A DNA stretch of 64,000 nucleotides, taken from the NCBI GenBank assembly GCA_052161645.1, contig CP197414.1; one strand, 5' to 3'. This DNA is from Planctomycetaceae bacterium SH139 (GTDB taxonomy: Bacteria > Planctomycetota > Planctomycetia > Pirellulales > Pirellulaceae). Below the pieces are notes generated by a model. It saw only the letters and a program-made list of their open reading frames with translations, made no database searches and had not been told where the DNA came from. Shown piece by piece: positions 28,701-37,539 of this stretch; the stretch's first letter is position 1, and the number at the start of each line of letters is the position of its first letter. Made by a program: the position numbers and the translations under genes.

Positions 28701-30935
28701 AGCGTTGTAAAGTTCCTCACGCTTTTCGGTCAGCTGGCTGGCGAATTCATCAAATTCGGCAAAACGTCCTTCCAGTTCTTCTAACTGGACCATCAGCTTT
28801 GTCAGATACTCGTCACACTTTTCAGGCGAATCACTGACGTCGAGATAACCGGCGCTAGTTTGGTCCAACAATTTGATCTGCGAGGCAAACTCGGCGCGAC
28901 CTTCGACCCCGACCAACTCGTTCAGCCGTGACTTTAGACTGCTCCGAATTCGATTAAGCCTGGCCAGCGCATCGCCGATGCTATCGATAATGCCCGTTCG
29001 TTTGGTGGCGTCATCGATGCGCAAATTGGAGACGGTTTCGGTCAATAGTTCGAGATGCCCGGCAGCCTCGTCAATCGAGGCGTCGAGCTTTCGCCCGGCG
29101 GCCACCGTCTCCACCGACTGGATGTCAGCGCTGAGCTGTTCGGCGCTGGCTCGATAGGGTTCCAAAGCGTTATCGGTCAGCAAAAAATCGACGCAACGAC
29201 GGCTGAGCCGATCCGCTTTTTCGGCGAGGGTTGTTTCCAAATGGGCGACCCGCTGCTCGTCGACGTATCGCAGCTCACGCAGTCCTATCGCATGTCCACG
29301 CTGCTCTCGCAGTTCGGCAAGATTCTTGACATAGTCGTTGATCACCTCGAAGCGAGCGCGGTCAATCGACTTCAGCAATTGCTCGACAGCCTGCTCCACC
29401 TGCCGCGTGCGCTGTTCGGTCTCCCGCCGCACCCGCACAACTTTCTCGAACTCTTCCACCGCGGCGGCGGCCGAATCGCGAATGGTCGCCAGCGGAATCG
29501 ATAGTTGTTGGGTGTCCTCTTTAGCGAGCCAAAAATAGCTATCGAGGACATCACCCGACTTTTTTACCAGATCGACGTACAGCCCCTCGTAGCTATCGTC
29601 TTTATCGATCAGTGAGAGGATCTCCGCGCACTCAGACATCCCGCGAACGAGTTCCTTATTGCCAATTTTGTAGAGCATTGACTCCGTGTCGCTGTCGGGC
29701 ACATAGTTGGCGCCAACAAAGGGTGTCTGCCAAATTTGAATTGCGTGGTGCTTCTGAGGCTCTTCGTGCGCGCGGAAGCAAACCATTTCACCCGCTTCGA
29801 AAAAGGTTTGCCCACTGCAAATTTGCGGCGTGTCAACTTCTTGCCGAATCACGTTGTAACGCAATTGGACGAAAGTCCCGCTGTCACGTGTGTAGAACAA
29901 AAAGAGATAATCTTCCCCATTGCTGGCCGCTAGGGTCCGCTCGTAGAGCATCCCTTCCAGGCCGTGATCAAACTGCTTGGAATCGCCATTCTGCAGGTAG
30001 TATCCGCCCGAATAAATAATTCCATGATCGTCAGGCAGCAGCACGCAGGACTGGGCAATCGCGTCGATGCGGGTGACACGATTAATTTTAGCATTAAAGA
30101 CAAGGTGACGAAATTCGCGCTCTTGGTAAGGGCGAATCTTCAACAAGATCAGATTGCCCAGCGGGGCATAATATATCTCTGCGTCGTCCAATGTCTGGTC
30201 AGCATTCTCGACCGGCTCATCGTAGATGCCGTAACCGCTTTCGGTGTTGTCTTCTATCTTGACCGTCAGATCGCCACCCACGCATTCAACAAAGAGACGA
30301 TCTTCGATAGCGATGTGCGGATGGGCACCGTAGCGATGTAAGTCGCGAGTTGTCCGTTTCCACTCGAAAGCGTGCTGCGGAGGATAGGAGACCTCGTGCT
30401 CGCTGCGGTTATCAATGTATTCTAGAGGCTGATCCTGTTGTCCAACGGGGAGGCGGAATTTGAAGGTCTTAATGTCGCTGGGAGATTTTCCGACGCGAAA
30501 GACCAGGTACAAAAAAGGCCCGTGGGAGAAAAACCTCGCCAGGTAAGTCCCCCGATAGAAGCGATAAAGTTCATGAAAATCACGGCTGAATCGCTCGTCG
30601 TTGAGCAGCGAATCGAGCGGTTCGGCATGAAATTGATGATCCTCAAACTTGTAAACCGCCAACACATCGTGCAGATGCGTTTCCGTTTTCAGGCCGAACT
30701 GAACGTTGTAACCGAACAAAAAACGGTTACCGACGGCGGCGAGGTCGACCGGGACACAATTATGCTCGGTCGTTACGCGGACCGTCTCGACCAACTTGGG
30801 CTCGATGTTCCCGAAGACCTCCGCCCGCGCCGCGTTGAGACGATCAATACGTTGCCGTAAATCGTCCGCCGACGACCTCAGCCGCCCGCGGAGCACCTCG
30901 TAGGTGCCCGCATCGAGTTGCTCCGCTGAAGCCAT
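25707..30935 (-). CDS. Giant (1742-aa) coiled-coil protein with an internal AAA+ P-loop ATPase domain. Last gene of the NfeD-flotillin cluster. Function unknown.
   Basis: Walker A LLLVSPPGYGKTTLMEY (nt ~27110-27150, aa ~1265). Walker B VMLYLDDIQH. Sensor-1-like LAVVMAGNP. Long heptad-rich segments before and after. No hydrophobic TM segment. Start codon abuts the flotillin stop (30935/30936). Confidence 0.85.
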   Translation of the reverse strand: MASAEQLDAGTYEVLRGRLRSSADDLRQRIDRLNAARAEVFGNIEPKLVETVRVTTEHNCVPVDLAAVGNRFLFGYNVQFGLKTETHLHDVLAVYKFEDHQFHAEPLDSLLNDERFSRDFHELYRFYRGTYLARFFSHGPFLYLVFRVGKSPSDIKTFKFRLPVGQQDQPLEYIDNRSEHEVSYPPQHAFEWKRTTRDLHRYGAHPHIAIEDRLFVECVGGDLTVKIEDNTESGYGIYDEPVENADQTLDDAEIYYAPLGNLILLKIRPYQEREFRHLVFNAKINRVTRIDAIAQSCVLLPDDHGIIYSGGYYLQNGDSKQFDHGLEGMLYERTLAASNGEDYLFLFYTRDSGTFVQLRYNVIRQEVDTPQICSGQTFFEAGEMVCFRAHEEPQKHHAIQIWQTPFVGANYVPDSDTESMLYKIGNKELVRGMSECAEILSLIDKDDSYEGLYVDLVKKSGDVLDSYFWLAKEDTQQLSIPLATIRDSAAAAVEEFEKVVRVRRETEQRTRQVEQAVEQLLKSIDRARFEVINDYVKNLAELREQRGHAIGLRELRYVDEQRVAHLETTLAEKADRLSRRCVDFLLTDNALEPYRASAEQLSADIQSVETVAAGRKLDASIDEAAGHLELLTETVSNLRIDDATKRTGIIDSIGDALARLNRIRSSLKSRLNELVGVEGRAEFASQIKLLDQTSAGYLDVSDSPEKCDEYLTKLMVQLEELEGRFAEFDEFASQLTEKREELYNAFETRKVQLVEARNRRAETLGAAADRILGGILSRVRRIASLDGIHAYFASDLMVEKVRGIVDQLTALDDMVRVEDLRSRLKTIREDAIRQLKDRQDLFEEGGEAIRLGQHRFAVNTQTVDLTTVLRDGVLCLHLTGTQFFEPLDHPDLIAAKDLWSQELSSENQEVYRAEYLAVELFDAGLGQSQALPAVREAVGRRLSEGYAKGVHDEDAAKILSTLWAIHGHIGLLKYSPEVRAAGRIWWDFLSEKPLRAELQRWIGGFANLARAYPRAQPALEFRRRLEVELQATAKSTEFGQLFDSILWADVANYLFDELIGETNPVVSGRGLGLYEQFLAALPGDDRDGLLEQTIAGPDRCTLAALVLARNWAAAFLDEYQSDDLADPAAGYLDELAFLILRGGAGELHAVDAELGKRLTDLAGAHSRIQSGVMAVHYHELLGRVRRYQRDVVPRYHRLRQAKHDLLEAARHDMRVEEFKPRVLSSFVRNRLIDEVYLPLVGDNLAKQIGVAGEGKRVDRMGLLLLVSPPGYGKTTLMEYIANRLGLVFVKVNGPAIGHDVKSLDPNEAPNAAAREEVMRINMALEMGDNVMLYLDDIQHTHPELLQKFISLCDATRKIEGVWKGRTRTYDLRGRRLAVVMAGNPYTESGERFQIPDMLSNRADTYNLGETIGTAIDAFESSYLENCLTGNQTLAPLAAGDPADVRQLIRAAERNSPDDIKLAGAWSMDQASEMFEVMRKLILVRDAVLKVNRQYIRSAAQADAYRTEPPFKLQGSYRNMNRIAERVVPVMNERELRSLLFSNYEQDAQTLTGDNEANLLKFKELMDTLTAAESERWEAIKYAYVESVRMGGVDASDSVGQVMRQLQAMRDGLESIRRVLQQGIAARGDSATQELIAEHLGRLSGVLAGNQAQLGDAVRDTAGQLRQLVEQSASDSTERRVLVQHKVPRVLLDVIRGQFHLIQEWLRPLAAEAQGQGREVERLRTAIEQVVVQYERLKTELGE

Positions 30936-33065
30936 TTAGCTAGCTCCGTTGGTGCTCGATTTCGGCTTCGCCTGGAGATAGCCAAGTGGTTTATCGGCGA
31001 ATCCCGCACTGCCGGCCATCCCCAACAAACTGGAGAGTTGCCCGCGAATATCGTCGGTATTTGCCAAGCCCATTAATTTCGCAATCAGAGCCGCGATGGA
31101 AAGATCTTTGATATCGTTGGCATCAAGTTGGAACTGCTCGACCAACTCCATCAACTTGCCCTGAAAGTACTCTGGATTGCCATTAAAGAAGGTGTCCTTG
31201 ACGTCCGTGGCGACCCGGCTGTTGTAAACGAAGCGGTCGATTGCTTTGCCACCCTTCACCGCGGAAGTAATCTGATCAAAGAATTCTCCATCACCTCCCA
31301 CGATATCGATGCGTGCCGCCTTGAGTGCGTCGCCGATAACGCTGGCTTGCGATGAAGCGATGTCCTTTTGTGCGCTGATAGCGGCAATTTCCACTGCCTT
31401 CTCTTTATCAAGCCGCAGTTTGAATTCTTCGTGCTCTTTGCCGACTCCATCGAGCTTCTTCATGGCTTCGGCCTTTTCGGTGATACCAATGGCTTCGCTG
31501 GAGAATTTTTGTTGCATGACATGTGCTTCTGCCAAGCCTTGCTTCTCCAGCGCCTCGGCCTTTGCGGCGGTACCCTTGGCTTCGGCAACTGCTTTCTTTT
31601 CAGTCACGTTGGCCTCCGCGTTGCCTTCCTTCTCGAGGGCTGTGGCTCGTGCTTCCATCACGCGGACATCGGCCAAACCGCTGGCGGCGGCCCGCGCTGT
31701 TTCGGCTTCGGCCAACATCTTGGTGGCTTGCGTATCGCGTTCGGCGGCGTCTCGATTGGCATCCGCTTCGATGCGAATCTTCTCGGCTAACAGTTCGCTA
31801 GAACGTTTGGCAGCTTCGGCGGCTTTGGTTTCGCGTATCAAAGCTTCTTCGGCCGTCATTTCGGCTGCCGTGATTTGCACCGATTTCAATCGCTCGGCGG
31901 CCGCTTTTTCCTCAGTATCCTTGATCAATTCTTGCTCTTCGACCACGGCCCGTTCGACCGCCACGCGTTCTCGGATGACCTCTTGAATGTTTCGCTTTTC
32001 AACCTCGATCGCTTTTTCCTTTTCAACTTGAGCCACGCCGACAACGCGTTCACGTTCGGTGGCTTCTAGCAAACGATCACGCTCGACTCGCTCCAACTCC
32101 ACGCCATCGGTCTTTTCTTTGTTGCGTTGAGCCACCAGCACTTGGCGTTGCTTGTTCTCTTCGGCGATGCCCAATTCTTCTTCGGTAGCGATGCGGGCTT
32201 GTTCCGCCAACAGACGTTGCTCTTCGCGGACCTTGGTGGCCGCAGCATGCTCGCGCGATTCAATTTCGGCGATCTCGCGTTTTTGCTTTTCAACAGCTTC
32301 AACGCGTTGGCGTTCGAGCGAAAGAATGGTTTCTTCCGCCTCGACGTCTTGCTTCTTAAGAGTCTTTTCTTTGTCGCGAGTGAATTGGTTTTCCTTAACC
32401 TTCTCCGTGGCAGTCAACTCGGTAATCTTCTTGATGCCCTCGGCATCCAAAATATTGTTGGGATTCAACAATTCGAGCGGTGTCTGTTCGAGATAGTCGA
32501 TTGCCGCATCATCGAGTCGGTAGCCATTTAGATCCGTCCCAATAACTTTAAGAATCTGATCCTTAAACTGATCGCGTTTATCATAAAGATCGACGAAATC
32601 AAACTGCTTACCAACGGTTTTCAAGGCTTCGCTGAATTTGGCGTCAAAGAGTTCTCGCAAGGTATCAATTTGGCTGCACCGCTTGGCCCCGATCGACTGT
32701 GCGACCTCGCGAATTTCACTCTCGGTTTTATCGACCCGAATAAAGAAGGCAACCTTGATGTCGGCGCGGATGTTATCGCAACAAATCAGCCCCTCCGACC
32801 CTTGGCGAGCAATCTCAAAGCTTTTCAGCGTTAAATCCATCCGCTCTTTGTGATGAAAAACGGGAATGACAATCATGCCCCCACCGGTCACCACGCGCAT
32901 ATCACGTTTGCCACCGGTCACAATCAATGCTTCGTCAGGGCCAACCTTGACATAGAACGAACTGAGTACAACGACTGCACCAAGCAGCAGTACGAAGGCA
33001 ACCGCGGCGACAATTAAGGCGAATTGCCAAGAGAAAATCTCAAAAGCCAACAGGGACGTTATCAT
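30936..33065 (-). CDS. Flotillin-like SPFH/band-7 protein (YqiK-like), 709 aa with very long Glu/Ala/Lys-rich coiled coil
   Basis: N-terminal TM (FALIVAAVAFVLLLGAVVVL). SPFH core (YVKVGPDEALIVTGG...). Extended EA-rich coiled coil. Overlaps the upstream NfeD-like gene by 4 nt. Confidence 0.9.
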   Translation of the reverse strand: MITSLLAFEIFSWQFALIVAAVAFVLLLGAVVVLSSFYVKVGPDEALIVTGGKRDMRVVTGGGMIVIPVFHHKERMDLTLKSFEIARQGSEGLICCDNIRADIKVAFFIRVDKTESEIREVAQSIGAKRCSQIDTLRELFDAKFSEALKTVGKQFDFVDLYDKRDQFKDQILKVIGTDLNGYRLDDAAIDYLEQTPLELLNPNNILDAEGIKKITELTATEKVKENQFTRDKEKTLKKQDVEAEETILSLERQRVEAVEKQKREIAEIESREHAAATKVREEQRLLAEQARIATEEELGIAEENKQRQVLVAQRNKEKTDGVELERVERDRLLEATERERVVGVAQVEKEKAIEVEKRNIQEVIRERVAVERAVVEEQELIKDTEEKAAAERLKSVQITAAEMTAEEALIRETKAAEAAKRSSELLAEKIRIEADANRDAAERDTQATKMLAEAETARAAASGLADVRVMEARATALEKEGNAEANVTEKKAVAEAKGTAAKAEALEKQGLAEAHVMQQKFSSEAIGITEKAEAMKKLDGVGKEHEEFKLRLDKEKAVEIAAISAQKDIASSQASVIGDALKAARIDIVGGDGEFFDQITSAVKGGKAIDRFVYNSRVATDVKDTFFNGNPEYFQGKLMELVEQFQLDANDIKDLSIAALIAKLMGLANTDDIRGQLSSLLGMAGSAGFADKPLGYLQAKPKSSTNGAS

Positions 33066-33751
33066 TTACCTGCCTCGTGGGATTGGACCGTATAGACTCT
33101 TGCGGTGGGATCAAAGTCGATAATTTCTGCGAGCTGGCCTTTCACCAAGGTTTCGCCCGTTGTGCGGATATTTAACAGCAGCGGCGCTCCATCAGTTTTA
33201 AAGCGGGCCCGTCCAAACTCAGTGGTGGCCTCGCCGGTCTCAATTTCGCATATTTGGCCGACGATCTGATCGGTACGAAAAGCGGTCGAACGCTCGAACC
33301 AACCACGCATCGGTAGCGTCAAAAATTTGGTAATCGTGACTGACAACACCAGATTTCTGCTCGCTAGAATCACGCTGGTCAACAACAACGGCTGATAGCG
33401 ATCACTATCAAATCCTTCCCAGAGCAACAGCGACAGCAACCACCAGCAAAAGCCGAACACGCTCATCCAGATGAACACCGGTATCGTGTCCAGGTTGAGC
33501 CAGCGAATCGATGCCGCTCCCAGCGAACCGGCGGAATCTGCAAAGCCGGCTATTCCGTCACCATCGGCATCGGCAACTTCAAAATCTCCGTCAGCCAAAC
33601 CCATGAAGATTAGCACGCAATATGCGAGCAGTAGGCAGATTAAAACGCTAGCGGGCCAGACGGGGCCGGTAAAGCAAATTTGCAGAAACTGACTAATCGA
33701 TTCAAACATCGCTGTTGTGTTCCCTCGTTGCCGACGCCCCCAATGGTACAT
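33062..33751 (-). CDS. NfeD-like / YqiJ (DUF1449)-like inner-membrane protein with C-terminal OB-fold
   Basis: 229 aa. 3-4 hydrophobic helices, then a beta-rich C-terminus (GQICEIETGEATTEFGRARFKTDGAPLLLNIRTTGETLVKGQLAEIIDF). Gene order matches E. coli yqiJ-yqiK. Confidence 0.65.
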   Translation of the reverse strand: MYHWGRRQRGNTTAMFESISQFLQICFTGPVWPASVLICLLLAYCVLIFMGLADGDFEVADADGDGIAGFADSAGSLGAASIRWLNLDTIPVFIWMSVFGFCWWLLSLLLWEGFDSDRYQPLLLTSVILASRNLVLSVTITKFLTLPMRGWFERSTAFRTDQIVGQICEIETGEATTEFGRARFKTDGAPLLLNIRTTGETLVKGQLAEIIDFDPTARVYTVQSHEAGK

Positions 33752-33882
33752 GCTGCCAAAGCATTAGGCGGGAATGCCCGCAGAACCGGGCGCGAGGAAT
33801 TGAGTATAATCCTCGCCCGACGGTCAATCCGGCCGAATCGGCAAATTAAGCAACAAAGTTATCGCCGAAAATCTAGCAGCGG

Positions 33883-35145
33883 CTAGCCGGAGAAATCACG
33901 CCGCGACTGCTGAGCGAGCCGCTCGACTGCTGGAGAACGCTGGATAAGTGCCGCTTCGATTGGCGTTTCAGCGGCAGCTTGCTTGGCAAGCTTTCGATTC
34001 CCACGCAAGGCAACGACGTGGCTGAGGACCCGTTCCAAGCGGATGATGCCGACCAATCGCCCGGAGGCGTCTACCACCGGCACCGGACCGCTGGGAGGGG
34101 TTTGAAAACCGGCCAATTGTGGTTCCAGATTACCTGGTGCCTGGAAGATGGGCTCGTCGTCGCGCATCAGATCGGTAGCAATGCGGTCCCAATCATCCTG
34201 CTCCGCAGCCTCCACGACGGCCGCACGATCAAGCATTCCCAGAAAGTAGCCTTCAACGCCGCAAACAGGCAGGCTGGGGTTTCCAGTAATCGCAAAACTG
34301 TCGACCAAGTCCTGCACGCGATCCATGGCTCCGACCGATTGCGTTGCAGGCTCCAACCAATGCTCCACGCGCATGCCTCGCATGGCTTCTCCAAGAGCAA
34401 CTTGGCGGGCCTCCACCGAACCCGCGTAGGCGATAAATCCAGAGACCAGGATGACGGTGTACATTTGAAAATAAATGCCCAAGCCGGCCATCAGCAAGGC
34501 GATCACAAAACCAATCCGCGAAGCCAAATAGGTAGCGGTTCCATAATCAGTCAACATCGCCAAAAAGGAGCGAAAGACCCGGCCACCATCCATCGGAAAG
34601 GCAGGCACCATGTTGAAGATCACCAAAGCCAGATTGATCAACAGCAACCATCCCAGCGGATGCTCGCCAATAATCACAAGCGCCTCATCAAACGAGGCCA
34701 CATCTTCGGCGCGAAAAACGAAAAACAAAGCGACCGCCGTGAGCGCAGCAATCACCACGTTGACAGCCGGACCGGCAACCGCGACCAGAAACTCTTGAAT
34801 GGGCTTCCTCGGCATCCGTTCCAACCTCGCCACACCGCCGATCGGCAACAAAGTAATGTCAACCGTCTGCACGCCAAATCGTCGCGCCATCATGGCATGA
34901 CCATACTCGTGCAAAGTGACACACAGGAAAAGCACAGCAATCTGCGCCATGGAGGTCCCAGCCGCCAACCAACCTTGCTGGGTTTGCCAGCCGGCGACCC
35001 AGCCCGCATCGGTTTGCTCGCCAGCGGCAAACATGCTCGACGCGCCAACACCCAACATCAACAACCAGAAAGACCAGTGGATGTACAGGTCAATACCGAG
35101 GTAGCGGCCAATATTGAGACGATTGGCGATGTGACGACGAAACAT
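33883..35145 (-). CDS. Site-2 protease (M50 family) with C-terminal CBS-domain pair
   Basis: HEXXH in a TM helix (VTLHEYGHAMMARRFG). Second metal-ligand region LVIFNMVPAFPMDGGRV. C-terminal CBS-like segments. Confidence 0.85.
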   Translation of the reverse strand: MFRRHIANRLNIGRYLGIDLYIHWSFWLLMLGVGASSMFAAGEQTDAGWVAGWQTQQGWLAAGTSMAQIAVLFLCVTLHEYGHAMMARRFGVQTVDITLLPIGGVARLERMPRKPIQEFLVAVAGPAVNVVIAALTAVALFFVFRAEDVASFDEALVIIGEHPLGWLLLINLALVIFNMVPAFPMDGGRVFRSFLAMLTDYGTATYLASRIGFVIALLMAGLGIYFQMYTVILVSGFIAYAGSVEARQVALGEAMRGMRVEHWLEPATQSVGAMDRVQDLVDSFAITGNPSLPVCGVEGYFLGMLDRAAVVEAAEQDDWDRIATDLMRDDEPIFQAPGNLEPQLAGFQTPPSGPVPVVDASGRLVGIIRLERVLSHVVALRGNRKLAKQAAAETPIEAALIQRSPAVERLAQQSRRDFSG

Positions 35146-35394
35146 GCGGGGCCAGCCAGTGCGGGTAGAGCTTTCCGTATATTCTACGGTACGGAGTGAG
35201 ACGTGTTCATGGGAATTCAGCTTGACCGATTCCCGTCACGATTTCCCTCGCTTCATTCTCTCTCCGCGGACCAAACTGGACCGCAGCTAACGTCCCAGCG
35301 GCAAATGGCTTGCGGAGAGAATTCGCATTCAATTCTAGCCGCTCGCCGAGGGAATGAGGGCCAAGTCGCGGCGATTCAGGCAAGATAGGCGATG

Positions 35395-37539
35395 CTAAGC
35401 CGCCTTGGCTTGACTGGTACCACACAAACTCCGGAAGAAGGCGTTGCGTTGCAGCAATTCTTCCCGACTCCCTTGATCACTGACCCGACCATGCTCAAGA
35501 ACCGCTACCCGATCAGCAAGCGCTAACGTGCTGGAACGGTGGGTGATCATGATCCCCGTTCGCCCCACGAGGAACTCAGCTAGCGCGGTGTGAATCAATT
35601 GCTCGCTCTCGATATCGATTTGGCTGGTCGCTTCGTCCAACACCAAAATGTCTGGGTTGCGAAGGAAAGCACGCGCCAGCGCCAATCGCTGCATCTGCCC
35701 ACCTGATAACCTCGTGCCCGCGGTACCGAGCATCGAATCATAGCCAGCGGGGGTTTTACTTTGAATGAATTCATCGGCATACGCTTGGCGAGCCGCTCGA
35801 ATAGCATCCTCCCGCGAAGCCCGCGGAGAACCATAACGAATATTGTTCAAGATCGTATCGTCAAAGATCACCGTCCGCTGAGTCACCAAACCGATGCGTT
35901 TTCGTAAATCGCGACTGCGAATATCCCGAATGCTGATCCCATCGATGGTAACTTCACCACAACTCGGATCATCAAAGCGACACAGCAGGCTGACCAAGGT
36001 GCTCTTCCCAGAACCATTCGGACCGACCACCGCCAAGCTTTGACCATGGGGAATCTCCAGTTCCAAATTGTCGAGCACTTGAGGGCCAGTCGGATAGCTG
36101 AAGTTGACATTGCGAAAAGCCAGCAGCTGATGTGGCCTGGCAACGGTTTGGGGATCGGCTGGCTCACGCACGCGAACTGGTGCATTGACCACTTCCATCA
36201 ATCGTTCCGAAGCGGCGATCCCGCGTTGCAGATTGCTCCACACATCGCTCAGCTTTCTGGCGGGGTCCGAAGCGCCGATTAACAGCCCAAAGAATAAGAT
36301 CATCTCACCCACGCTCAACGGGGTGGCTCGCATCTGAATTCCGAGCAAAGCGGTTTCACCGTTGAGCACCAGATAACCACCCGCCAATAAACCAATGCAA
36401 ATGATGGTGGTTCCCAAAGCTTCCGTGGCAAAACGGCTAGCTGCATTATAAAAAGCCACTTTCATCGATTTGCGATAGTACTTCCCAGCCCCTTGGCGGA
36501 AGCGCGCCCGCTCGTAACTCTCCGTATTATAAGCACGCACAATTCTGATGCCGGCAAACATCTCGCTAAGCATTCCATACAGCTGAGTCATCTCTTCCAT
36601 GACCCGACGGCTGCTACGGCGAATCGCCCGACTCAGTGTTTGAATCACAAAGCCGACCAGCGGGGCGACGATGAAAGTCAGCAGCAACAATCGCCAACAA
36701 ATCATACCCGCGCCGACCAAACAAACGATCATCTTCAGTGGTTCGCGGACCAGCCGGCCAACCACGATGCTGATCCCCATGGAAAGATCGTTCACATCAC
36801 CCGTCAAGCGACTAGTCAATGCCGAGGAACCGGCCTCACCATAGTGTTCTAAATCTTGGCGGAGCGCGCGGCGAAAGAAGATTTCCCGCATCTGCATCGC
36901 AGCCCGCTGACTCAAATCTTGAACCAACATCAGATTGATAGTCAGCGCGATGAGCTTGATCACGGTTGCCGCGATCAACAACGCGACGACCAACACCAAA
37001 GTGCGAAAAGGAGTCGTCGGCAAGTGCTCGCTCGCCCACGGTTCAATCCAACGCAGCGTCTCGGTCGATTTCCGGTAGGTCGTCTCTTTCAATTGCTCCG
37101 CTTCGATACGCCAATCTAAATCCTGACGTTCCGCCGCCAAGCGGGTGGCTTGCCGGTCGTCGAGAGCGGTGGCCTGGGCAGCTGCGATCTCAACCAAACG
37201 CAGCTGCAAATCGCCAACTATTTGAGCTGCCTCATTCGCCTTCCGCTCATTTTCAGCCACTTGGGTCTGAATGTAATTGGCCGCCCCTTTGCCCTCAAAA
37301 ATGACCTCCACCATCGGAAAGACTGCGGAAATGTTGGCGCCCCACAACAGGGCCACCAAGAACGACGAGAGGAGGCAACAGCCCAACGCCCATCGCCGAC
37401 GAAGCACAAGTCGCATTACCTGGAGAAAGTCTTTCATCCTTGGCCTTCCCTGCCCAAAGGTTGCCGGCCAGCCGCTGACGACGACGGACCACAGCACAAA
37501 TTTTTTCCCAGCGTAACAAACAGTGGTTCCCAGAATCAA
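35395..37539 (-). CDS. ABC transporter, fused permease/ATP-binding protein (MsbA-like exporter) with an unusual ~80-aa coiled-coil insert after TM1. Likely start at MKDFLQ (nt ~37437).
   Basis: Walker A GPNGSGKST. Signature LSGGQMQRLALARA. Walker B ILVLDEATS. Six TM helices. Insert QTQVAENERKANEAAQIVGDLQLRLVEIAAAQ... Confidence 0.9.
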   Translation of the reverse strand: MILGTTVCYAGKKFVLWSVVVSGWPATFGQGRPRMKDFLQVMRLVLRRRWALGCCLLSSFLVALLWGANISAVFPMVEVIFEGKGAANYIQTQVAENERKANEAAQIVGDLQLRLVEIAAAQATALDDRQATRLAAERQDLDWRIEAEQLKETTYRKSTETLRWIEPWASEHLPTTPFRTLVLVVALLIAATVIKLIALTINLMLVQDLSQRAAMQMREIFFRRALRQDLEHYGEAGSSALTSRLTGDVNDLSMGISIVVGRLVREPLKMIVCLVGAGMICWRLLLLTFIVAPLVGFVIQTLSRAIRRSSRRVMEEMTQLYGMLSEMFAGIRIVRAYNTESYERARFRQGAGKYYRKSMKVAFYNAASRFATEALGTTIICIGLLAGGYLVLNGETALLGIQMRATPLSVGEMILFFGLLIGASDPARKLSDVWSNLQRGIAASERLMEVVNAPVRVREPADPQTVARPHQLLAFRNVNFSYPTGPQVLDNLELEIPHGQSLAVVGPNGSGKSTLVSLLCRFDDPSCGEVTIDGISIRDIRSRDLRKRIGLVTQRTVIFDDTILNNIRYGSPRASREDAIRAARQAYADEFIQSKTPAGYDSMLGTAGTRLSGGQMQRLALARAFLRNPDILVLDEATSQIDIESEQLIHTALAEFLVGRTGIMITHRSSTLALADRVAVLEHGRVSDQGSREELLQRNAFFRSLCGTSQAKAA

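Noticed and set aside
31309-31986. Plus-strand 225-aa Ala/Ser-rich ORF (and 31368..31790, 31523..31801, 32152..32496) inside the flotillin gene
   Set aside because: They are antisense to a Glu/Ala/Lys-rich coiled-coil CDS. The low-complexity composition is a mirror artefact of the GAA/GCN-rich coding strand, and the flotillin frame is clearly the real one.
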